Below are positions 56,801-64,000 of a DNA stretch of 64,000 bases, one piece after another (within the stretch, counting starts at the first letter, position 1; each line of letters begins with the position of its first letter). Below the pieces are notes generated by a model, which saw only the letters and a list, made by a program, of their open reading frames with translations, was not told the DNA's origin and made no database searches. The position numbers were made by a program, and so were the translations under genes. The stretch is from Bacteroidota bacterium (GTDB lineage: Bacteria > Bacteroidota > Bacteroidia > 2-12-FULL-35-15), in contig JAQZBR010000006.1 of NCBI GenBank assembly GCA_029237775.1, forward strand, positions 194,159 through 258,158, read 5' to 3'.

Positions 56801-58423
56801 AACGAAACCAAGATCTCCACCAAAGTTCAGGGAACCTGTAAAAGTACCGGCCACATAAGTATTTCCGGCAGCATCTCTCGTCAGGCAAGTTGCTTTGTCG
56901 GTCCCGTTGGCCCCACCCCCAGCCACTGCATCCAGCGCCTGAGCTGAAACATACGCTCCCAGAGAATTGTATTTGCCGATAAAGCCGTTCCATTGAGATG
57001 GATCGGAGAGGTTTGAGGTAGTTGCATCGGGATCAAAATCAACAGTGCCGCTGAAATATCCTGTGATATAAATATTGTTGCTTGCATCAAGTGTAATGGC
57101 GGCCCCCTGTTCATATGAGTTTGAGGTTGGCGCCATGTGTTTGGCAAAAAGATAATTCCCGGAATTATCATATTTTGCAAAGAAGATATCGGCAATGCTC
57201 GAAACCAAATTAACAGTCCCGGCTCCCGGGTCGAAATCTGCCGTGCCCGTGAAAGCGCCAACTATATAAATATTGTTGCTCCCGTCAAGAAGGATCTGAT
57301 TTCCCATCTCCCATCCAGTGCCGGACGTTGTTGAAATTTGTTTGGCGAAAACATAAGCCCCCGATGAGTTATATTTAGCGAAGAAGATAGTTTGTGAAGA
57401 TGACACAAGGTTGCTGGTACCGGCACCCGGATCAAAGTCAACCGTTCCTCTGAAATAACCGGTGATATATGCGTTTCCGCTGGCATCTACGGTAATGGAA
57501 TTTGCACGCACATCGTTGAGAGCGTCTGATAATAACTTCGCATATACATAAGCACCCGTTGATGAATATTTCGCGAAGAACAAATCATCCTCTGTAGATC
57601 CCGCAGTTAATGTCGCTGTTCCGGCTGACGGATCAAAATCACCCGAGCCTCTCATGTATCCGGCAATATAAATATTACTGCTGGCGTCTACAGCTATTGA
57701 TTTTAGTCCTCTAATTCCCGCATTGCAAATTTCCTTGGCAAGGATATATCCCCAGGCAGAAGTATATTTAGCAAAGAATAAGCTTGTCCCGGAACCAGAA
57801 GCGGTACTTAAAGGCATTGATGCTGCGCCCGGATCAAAATCGGGAGTACCGCTGAAATATCCTCCGATATATAAATTTCCGGATGCGTCCATATTAAGAG
57901 CAGTTGCAGCTGCACCACCGCCACCGGTGGTTATATTTACAGCATCCACATAATTACCGTTCGCATCATATTTGGCCAGAAAAGCCGCACTCCCGGATCC
58001 AGCGTTTAAGGTAGCTGTAGCGGTCGAAGGATCAAAATCAAGCAGTCCCTGGTATCCACCTGCTACAATTACGTTACCGGCCGCATCTACGATTATATTT
58101 GTGATGATATCTACCGTATTCGATGAAGAGGCGATGGGTATCATGAACAGGAAATTTCCGGCTGCGTCATATTTTGCAATAAATCCATCTATAGTACCAA
58201 AAACGGAAGCTCTTTGCTGTGTGGCCGTTCCCGGATCAAAATCAACGGAACCTTTAAAAGTACCTCCAATCCAGGTGTTATTGCTTGCGTCATGTTGTAT
58301 AGAGGTTGGATACATTTCACCTCCGACATATTGTGTTGCATTCAAAGACCATTGGTGCAAAAGCTGTGAAAAGGAGTAGGAGCTGATAATACAAAAAAGG
58401 AGTAGTAGACTGGAGCGCTTCAT
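53816..58423 (-). CDS. T9SS type A cargo: SBBP beta-propeller repeats plus SprB repeats
   Basis: More than 10 'D.S.NIYITG.F.GT.DFDP...FFAKY' repeats; 'NVSC.G..NG.A.V...GG..PY.Y.W' SprB repeats; C-terminal VSPNPA...GLY...KKVVIQ; consensus -7 TATCTTTG at 58451-58444. Confidence 0.88.
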   Translation of the reverse strand: MKRSSLLLLFCIISSYSFSQLLHQWSLNATQYVGGEMYPTSIQHDASNNTWIGGTFKGSVDFDPGTATQQRASVFGTIDGFIAKYDAAGNFLFMIPIASSSNTVDIITNIIVDAAGNVIVAGGYQGLLDFDPSTATATLNAGSGSAAFLAKYDANGNYVDAVNITTGGGGAAATALNMDASGNLYIGGYFSGTPDFDPGAASMPLSTASGSGTSLFFAKYTSAWGYILAKEICNAGIRGLKSIAVDASSNIYIAGYMRGSGDFDPSAGTATLTAGSTEDDLFFAKYSSTGAYVYAKLLSDALNDVRANSITVDASGNAYITGYFRGTVDFDPGAGTSNLVSSSQTIFFAKYNSSGAYVFAKQISTTSGTGWEMGNQILLDGSNNIYIVGAFTGTADFDPGAGTVNLVSSIADIFFAKYDNSGNYLFAKHMAPTSNSYEQGAAITLDASNNIYITGYFSGTVDFDPDATTSNLSDPSQWNGFIGKYNSLGAYVSAQALDAVAGGGANGTDKATCLTRDAAGNTYVAGTFTGSLNFGGDLGFVTQSGIGTSGFFAKYNSAGICQFAKVIGTSVVPTAIARDAANNIYVTGTFTGTPDFDPATAVVNITAASIDAFIGKYDVNGNYVFVKQITGAGTETSNTISIDVSGNIYAGGNFSGTSDFDPSPGTAYLVSNAGTNDAYFAKYSNVGNLTYVKQLGGSGDDYCSSLTLDASNNLILTGSFSASADFDPNSGTSNLTSAGGSDVYFGKYSNSGTLIFVKQISGSANELGKQLKVDNSGNIYITGSFSGTADFNPSSSTANLTSVSGSSAFFAKYTSTGNYSYANPIAGTISNSLSVDGSGNVNLTGTFSGTVDFDPSGSSNFYLVSNNATSDVFIARYNSTGDIIFAKSIGSAGTDEGNAIYTDNSGVVTYVGSFEGTTDFDPDNFTQTNLTAGTNSDLFVSQFQQSFFTITTTLVNGSVSCYGDTDGSAYVTPNGNQPPYTYLWSPSGITDSLATNLEGGTHTVTVTDNFGLTVSQTITIAQPSAPLAATLLSQSNVTCFGGSNGFASIGVTGGTPPYTYSWSPSGGSSNSSSTLTANSYTVTVTDSKGCQSTVPFVISQPSQLNISVSSQLNVSCFGGNNGSASVTATGGSGGNSFSWAPIGTTGTLASNLSAATYTVTVNDLNGCLAQTLVTITQPPVLSGVVSSVVNVTCASSSDGSASVSASGGTAPYTYNWSPTGGTNSSANNLAVGSYTVTVTDNKGCTKTIPVSILNLIPLQEICVVTADSATGNYNIVVWEKPADVSNIDSFVIYREITLGNYQQIGAVHRDSLSLYNDFSANPNSTNYKYKVKVLDTCGSIGNFGLYHNSIHLQYLSFGNFQWTFYEIENTANQVASYNFYRDDNATGNFVLLQIIPGSNNSFTDVNYASYPNARYRVDVNWLSGNICNPTRATVNTTRSNIKNSGFATDYDELNVLSDLISVSPNPADDLLNVLLPDLKSKYTITIYNSLGQKVSERLEIEPGNNVLDLTSLSKGLYSLCIETTKSKVYKKVVIQ

Positions 58424-58730
58424 TTTTTAAATTTTTAAGTCTGCAAAGATAAAAAAATATAAAATATAAAAAACTCCCAAGATTGCTGATATCACTGATG
58501 AAAGTTCAATAAAAGCGGTAGGATTTCAGAGGGATACCTTTAAGGCTGACGAGATCAGGGCGATCACTTCAACCTTTCAGTATTTTGTAAAAAATTAAAG
58601 AATGGGAACTAAAACTTCTGCTTTTTCTTTTGGTCTTAAAACAAAGAGAAACAAACTGAAATTTTTGTTCAGGGTTCACTGAAAAACAGGATTTACATTT
58701 TTTTTTATTCTGGCCAAAAAAGTAATTAAA

Positions 58731-59804
58731 TCATTTACTCCCAATAACAATCTCAACCCTCCTGTTCTCCTGTTTTCCTTTTTCACTATCATTTGAAGCA
58801 ACTGGCATCGTGCTGCCGTAGCCCTCATACTTGATACGAGATGCATCAATGCCTTTTAAAATTAGATAGTCAGCAACTGCTTCAGCACGCGTTTCTGAAA
58901 GTTCTTTATTTTGGTTTTCATTACCAATGTTGTCTGTATGTCCGTTGATGGTAATAGAATGAGTATTTCCCTTAAGATACTGCACAAGTTTATCCAGCTC
59001 AGAAAATGATGCAGGCAGTAATTCACTTTTGTTAGTGTCAAAGAAAATATTTTTCAATGTGAATCTTTCACCTGGCTTTGGTGCAAATGAGGAGGAGAGT
59101 GAGTCTTGTGGTTTTACAGTTTCAGCCGGTTCTGTTTTGTCTAAGGGTTGCGTCTTTTCTTCAATAAGAGTGACAGAAACGTCATCAATATAATAATGAG
59201 CAAAAATCCTCTGTCCATCCGGATGATCGTAATTGAAATATCCAATAACAACCACCTGCTCATCACCTTTTGCTCTGTAAACGCCAGACATCTTAGTCCA
59301 CTTCTTTTTGTTGCTGTATTTTTTTGTGCTGACAAAGTCAAGTGCCGGCTTAATGGGCATTCCCTGATTACTTGAACCGAGGATCAGCCTTCTTGTAAAG
59401 ATCACACCAAATTCATTAACGCTGCCGATAGATCTCTCAGCGCGACTGATATAATATTCCACCAGGTAATCTTCGTCTTTTACCAACGGCTCACTCAGCT
59501 TTGTTTCAAGGTATTCAATAAAATGTCTCCTGATACAGATACCGCCATACGCCTTACCACCGTGAGGTTTCTGCCTTCCGAAAATATTATGGGGAACACC
59601 GGCATGCCTTCCCGCGTCCTGATGATAATAATCACCGGCACCATTTGTCGAAGACCAGTTTTTTGTGCAGTAAATACTGTTATCGGCTTTCTGAGGGATT
59701 CTGCGCGGAGATTCAAATCCCGGATCTATGACAAGGTTCTGAGCTTGCCCCGCACAGTACATTGAATGGAAACTGAGTAAACATAAAAAGAGGATCTTGT
59801 TCAT
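58731..59804 (-). CDS. OmpA family protein with N-terminal carbohydrate-binding-like domain
   Basis: QNLVIDPGFE...YYIDDVSV; NIFFDTNKSEL...GHTDNIG...LSETRAEAV...GYG...NRRVE. Confidence 0.88.
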   Translation of the reverse strand: MNKILFLCLLSFHSMYCAGQAQNLVIDPGFESPRRIPQKADNSIYCTKNWSSTNGAGDYYHQDAGRHAGVPHNIFGRQKPHGGKAYGGICIRRHFIEYLETKLSEPLVKDEDYLVEYYISRAERSIGSVNEFGVIFTRRLILGSSNQGMPIKPALDFVSTKKYSNKKKWTKMSGVYRAKGDEQVVVIGYFNYDHPDGQRIFAHYYIDDVSVTLIEEKTQPLDKTEPAETVKPQDSLSSSFAPKPGERFTLKNIFFDTNKSELLPASFSELDKLVQYLKGNTHSITINGHTDNIGNENQNKELSETRAEAVADYLILKGIDASRIKYEGYGSTMPVASNDSEKGKQENRRVEIVIGSK

Positions 59805-59856
59805 TGGTGTCAGTTATGTATACTTTATAACGCAAAAGCTTTAATAAGATACACAC

Positions 59857-59894
59857 AAAAAAAGCCCGCTGAAAAGTGATTTTTCAGCGGGCTT
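59857..59894 (-). terminator. Rho-independent terminator
   Basis: AAGCCCGCTGAAAA-gtgat-TTTTCAGCGGGCTT preceded by an A-run on +. Confidence 0.8.
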
Positions 59895-59914
59895 CCAAAC
59901 AAACATTTAATTTT

Positions 59915-62900
59915 TTATTCAACTACAATTCTGGAAGTATGCGTTGACGTTTCAGTTTTCACACTGATTATATAAACTCCTGCAGACAAATCACTGATAT
60001 CGATTTTAGCAGTGTTTCCATTTGTTTTTATTTCGATCAGTTTTTGTCCTAAAAGGTTCTGAACGCTTACAAAATTATCTGGCTTGCAATTAACGTTTAT
60101 ACAGTCGTTTGCAGGATTCGGATAAATCCTGATCTGATTGTTTTCTGCCAAGCTGTTGATTCCAACAGATGTAATCATGACACATGAAGATGTATCGACA
60201 CATCCGTTTGTTGTAACTTCTACAGCGTAGCTCCCATTCGCGGAAGCAGTAAAATTCTGGCTGTTCTCACCTGAGATTATCGCGTTTGCATTGTTACAAT
60301 CCAGCCATTGATATGTTGCTCCGGTTTCAGTAGCTGTGATTGTGATCCCGCTTGTGCTTGTTGCTACAGAAGGGAGCTGATTAACAGTGATATTAACTGT
60401 TTCAGTATCCTGGCATCCGTTTCCATCGGTTCCTGTTACGGTGTAGGTATGAGTAGAAGCCGGTGCAAAGCTGATGTTATTAATTACTCCGTCAGTCCAG
60501 CTGTAAGATACAGCTCCTGTCCCGTTTAAGGTAATGTCTGTTCCGGCACACACGGTAGTTGAGCTGGCATTGACCCCTACAACAGGTAAGGCATTTGCTG
60601 TGATAAAAGCGTTGTTGCTGTTAACACTGCAGTTAAACTGATTGGTAACTATTGCATGAATGTTATAGCCGTCCCACTGGTTTGTAAGTAACAACGGGAT
60701 AGTCATTGTATCGTTTGTGTAGCCAAGCTCTCCGAAGCTTCCCATGATCATTGCAGAATCAAAAGGCGCAACAGTGTTTACATAATACCATTGATAAGTA
60801 TTGCTACCTGCACTCGTAACAGTAAATGTTGCGGTTTCATCTCCGCAGGCATTCACATCTCCTGATGAAGCTGTTACGACCGGTTTTGGATTTACTGTAA
60901 GGTCAACCTGAGTGCGCGCTCCAGTGTAGCAGCCATTGCTGTTTACGGCATCCACATAATAAGTGTAGTTTCCCACAGGTGCATTCACCGCGTAAGTTGT
61001 ACCCGTGGCTATTGAACTGCCTCCGGTGAGTGCTGTATACCATTCAATTGTTTCTGGGCCTGAAGCAGTAGCATTCAGTACCGCGCCTGTTCCCTGACAT
61101 ACTGTTACATCGGGTGCGGATGTAATTGTGGGAAGTGCAGGAGTGGTAGCAGGGGCAAGATAATTTAAATACAGCGTTGAGAAATGGTTTCGTGCCAGGT
61201 TAAAGATATCTGGTTCTCCATCAGCATTGAAATCCGCAACTACAATTCCATTATCAGCAAAGCCTAGATTGTATTCACAGGAAGTCTGAAGAATAAGCGC
61301 ACACCCGTTGTTTAAATAGACTTTGCCTGTTCCACCCCAGTTTCCTAAAACTGCATCCAGGAGGCCGTCACCATTCAGGTCAGCCAACGCGAATTGGTTA
61401 GAGCTGGACGACTGTATGATTGGAGTCGATATAGGAGAAAAAACTCCGGAACCGTTATTCTTTGAAATTCTTAACCCAACATTGTTATAAGAATCATACA
61501 CCATTGCATCCATGTCTCCGTCCAGGTCCCAGTCAGCGAATTCTATCTGTGAGCTGTAGGTAACAGGGAATGTTCCCGGTGTGAACGTGCCGTTATTGTT
61601 ATTTAAAGAGAGTGATGGATACCAGCTTGGGCCTCCGGTAACAATATCCTTATCACCGTCATTATCAACATCGGCAACTGCTATTGTGCTTCTTGGTCCG
61701 AAGGTATTGTTCGATAATGCAGCAGTAAATGTGAATGCAGCATTTCCTGCTGTACCGGTGTTCATCCATACTTCATTATTATCACTTGCACCAAAACTGT
61801 TGTTACCAATGATGAGGTCAAGAAATCCGTCACCGTTAAGGTCAGCTAACTTTGTAACGCCTGCAGTTCCGGAACCGTTCATGGTAACATTTATGGGATT
61901 AAAAGTGGCACCCATATTGGAATTGATAAATACTTTTACAGTCGATTGGTCGTATGCCACGGAAAAATCTATATCTCCATCACCATCCACATCGCCTGAC
62001 GAAATCCTTCCGCCAAATCCTGTTGTGATCTGCGTGTAAGTTGTAAAATTACCCTGGCCATTATTCAGATAAAGTCTGATGTTTGCATTGTCATCTACTG
62101 CCATAAGATCGTTCAGTCCGTCTCCGTTGAAATCTGCCGCGATCCCTTGTCTGAGACGGTCCACATCTGACGTTCCTCCAATGGATGATTTCAGCGCAAG
62201 ATAATTGGTTCTTGCATCGGGAGCGAAATTGGAGACACCCCCGCTCAGACTGAAACCTGTCATGACACCGTTATAGCCATGTCCGGTTACATCGTGAATT
62301 GTAGTCGCGGAATTTGTGCCGTTAGCAATACCGTCATTGAAAGTATAATAAGCCAGCAGGCCGGTGCTTTCCTGATCAACAGTGCAACTCATCGCGGACT
62401 GGATCTCGGAGATGCTTCTCGCAACCGTCCAGATTCTTAATTCATCTATCGCTCCCATAAAATTCTCATTCATGGAATTGTAGCCAAGCTTAACATTGTT
62501 TGTACTGTTTGAAAAGCTGGCACCTGTAACACCTGCAGTCGTTGCCATTAACACTCCGTTGATGTAAATTTTCAGTTCCGAACCATTCCAGGTACCCGCA
62601 ACATGCTGCCATGTACCAGCGGCAACAGTTCCCGCCCCTGAAAATGCTGCATACCAGCCGGTACCATCATCAACCCAGAAGGAATATTGATCGCTGTCCC
62701 TCCTTAACAGAAACTGCATCTGCCCGTTATTGAAGTCCGAATTGTAATTCCCGGCAATGATGCCGTTTCCGGATAATGTGCTGGTGTTTGCCCATGCTTC
62801 AACAGTAATAGTATTCAGTGGGTCAAGAACGGTGTTAATACTGTTACCAAGATGAACAACATCGTCAAGGCCGTCAAAATACAAAGATGCATCCTGGCCT

Positions 62901-62965
62901 TTGAGGTTGCTCATGCTGCCTGTCAGTAAGGCAAGTGAAATAATTGAGAGTAGTTTCTTTTTCAT
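59915..62965 (-). CDS. T9SS type A cargo: LamG domain, FG-GAP/VCBS repeats, Ig-like domains
   Basis: ITVEAW...WQHVAGTW...IYING...G.IDELRIW (LamG); ADFNGDGLND, GDVDGDGDID, ADLNGDG repeats; IYPNPA...GVYI CTD. Start at ATG 62965, supported by -7 TAACTTTG at 62997-62990. Confidence 0.88.
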   Translation of the reverse strand: MKKKLLSIISLALLTGSMSNLKGQDASLYFDGLDDVVHLGNSINTVLDPLNTITVEAWANTSTLSGNGIIAGNYNSDFNNGQMQFLLRRDSDQYSFWVDDGTGWYAAFSGAGTVAAGTWQHVAGTWNGSELKIYINGVLMATTAGVTGASFSNSTNNVKLGYNSMNENFMGAIDELRIWTVARSISEIQSAMSCTVDQESTGLLAYYTFNDGIANGTNSATTIHDVTGHGYNGVMTGFSLSGGVSNFAPDARTNYLALKSSIGGTSDVDRLRQGIAADFNGDGLNDLMAVDDNANIRLYLNNGQGNFTTYTQITTGFGGRISSGDVDGDGDIDFSVAYDQSTVKVFINSNMGATFNPINVTMNGSGTAGVTKLADLNGDGFLDLIIGNNSFGASDNNEVWMNTGTAGNAAFTFTAALSNNTFGPRSTIAVADVDNDGDKDIVTGGPSWYPSLSLNNNNGTFTPGTFPVTYSSQIEFADWDLDGDMDAMVYDSYNNVGLRISKNNGSGVFSPISTPIIQSSSSNQFALADLNGDGLLDAVLGNWGGTGKVYLNNGCALILQTSCEYNLGFADNGIVVADFNADGEPDIFNLARNHFSTLYLNYLAPATTPALPTITSAPDVTVCQGTGAVLNATASGPETIEWYTALTGGSSIATGTTYAVNAPVGNYTYYVDAVNSNGCYTGARTQVDLTVNPKPVVTASSGDVNACGDETATFTVTSAGSNTYQWYYVNTVAPFDSAMIMGSFGELGYTNDTMTIPLLLTNQWDGYNIHAIVTNQFNCSVNSNNAFITANALPVVGVNASSTTVCAGTDITLNGTGAVSYSWTDGVINNISFAPASTHTYTVTGTDGNGCQDTETVNITVNQLPSVATSTSGITITATETGATYQWLDCNNANAIISGENSQNFTASANGSYAVEVTTNGCVDTSSCVMITSVGINSLAENNQIRIYPNPANDCINVNCKPDNFVSVQNLLGQKLIEIKTNGNTAKIDISDLSAGVYIISVKTETSTHTSRIVVE

Positions 62966-63066
62966 AAAGGAAATAGTTTTGTGTATCGGCAAAGTTATTT
63001 AAATTCGAAAATTAGTAATAGCCCGATAGGACGGAATTAGTATGAATCATTTGTTGATTTTCAATT

Positions 63067-64000
63067 ATGAATAAAAACGGTGCAGAAAAACAAAAAGTGC
63101 ATGAATTGAATCCGTTCAGCTACAAAGCGGGATTTTATGAAATGCCTTATCTGGTAAACACTCCGCAGCGGATGGTTGAGGCTTATAAGAAAATGCCGGC
63201 AGTAAAATTTGACGGGATAAAACAAAGTTTAAGCGCTAAAACTCCTGCATTGAATATTACGGTGCGTTATCGCGAAATTGAAGAGGAGCTCTTTTTAATA
63301 TATTCTGAAGTATTATTCAAAGCCAATGTTTGTTTCCGCAATTTTCAGGATAAATCAACCCCTTCAACGTATTACTGTTTGTCCTTACGCATCGATAATT
63401 ATTCTAAGATCAGTAATTCTCTCGCCAACGGAATTGGCTATACCGATAATTCCTGGCTGATCTTTAAGCCGGGAGCGAATGTTGACCATTATCATTTCAA
63501 GGGAACTAAAGGAAATTATTTCTCCCTGTATTTTACAAAGAAATGGATCAGAACATATTGCAAGCAACTCACGACAGAGGATAGGAAGATGCTGAATTTA
63601 TTTCTGAACTCGGATAGTGATCACCTGATCTGTCCCAACGTGAACGGACAGGCAATCTATAATTCGGCAAATCTCGGTAAACTTTTATTGGAAAGGAGCA
63701 ACAAAAGCAAAGCGTCATATTTAAAGAAGCTGAAGAAAGAGATACGAAATTTTTTATCCTTTTTTATTTGTAAAATGCATTCTGAAAAGATTACCGAGAG
63801 GCATTTTCGTGTGAGCAACCTGGAGCGGATCAAATTGTTGAAAGCAGAACAGATCATCAAAGCGAAGGTCTTCAAAAAATTTCCGGGAATTACGTTCATC
63901 TCAAAGGAAGCAGGCTTGTCGGGAACGAAACTCAAAGAGTGTTTCAGAGAGGTTTATGATCAAACACCATTTCAGTATTTCAGGGGACTGCAAATGGATG
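63067..64000 (+). CDS. AraC family transcriptional regulator (runs off the window end)
   Basis: Hand translation from ATG 63067 is open to the end: MNKNGAEKQKVHELNPF...FPGITFISKEAGLSGTKLKECFREVYDQTPFQYFRGLQM (first AraC HTH); absent from the track because there is no stop. Confidence 0.8.
   Translation, partial: MNKNGAEKQKVHELNPFSYKAGFYEMPYLVNTPQRMVEAYKKMPAVKFDGIKQSLSAKTPALNITVRYREIEEELFLIYSEVLFKANVCFRNFQDKSTPSTYYCLSLRIDNYSKISNSLANGIGYTDNSWLIFKPGANVDHYHFKGTKGNYFSLYFTKKWIRTYCKQLTTEDRKMLNLFLNSDSDHLICPNVNGQAIYNSANLGKLLLERSNKSKASYLKKLKKEIRNFLSFFICKMHSEKITERHFRVSNLERIKLLKAEQIIKAKVFKKFPGITFISKEAGLSGTKLKECFREVYDQTPFQYFRGLQMD

Noticed and set aside
2341..63935. Numerous 60-150-aa ORFs nested in or antisense to long genes
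   Set aside because: They overlap well-supported CDSs and show no motifs; 63385..63567 and 63657..63935 are antisense to the terminal AraC gene.

Overview
AT-rich Bacteroidota chromosomal segment, judged from T9SS cargo CTDs, PorP/SprF and PorE-like genes, and TAnnTTTG -7 promoter elements. I found no rRNA, tRNA, CRISPR array, transposase or prophage. The centrepiece is a ~21 kb co-oriented island (18.6-39.8 kb) containing an AraC-family regulator, a cytoplasmic PAS hybrid kinase and a single-domain receiver. It also carries three DUF3494 ice-binding-type proteins with three different export signals (lipoprotein, T9SS type A CTD, T9SS type B CTD with its own PorP and PorE partners) and a set of general-stress-like genes (CsbD-like, lmo0937-like, YtxH, holin-like, AI-2E). 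Eight intergenic positions in the island share one promoter architecture: GTGTGAATHATGYAA-N9/10-NAGTTVTGTAAC, with half-sites 20-21 bp apart, ending 29-30 bp upstream of a -7 box. This points to an AraC-activated ice-binding/general-stress regulon (inference). The flanks encode further T9SS cargo proteins, SpoIIE-type sensor phosphatases, an HTTM protein, nfo, Crp/Fnr, MarR and ArsR regulators with readable operators, an OmpR-type two-component system, and lipid enzymes.
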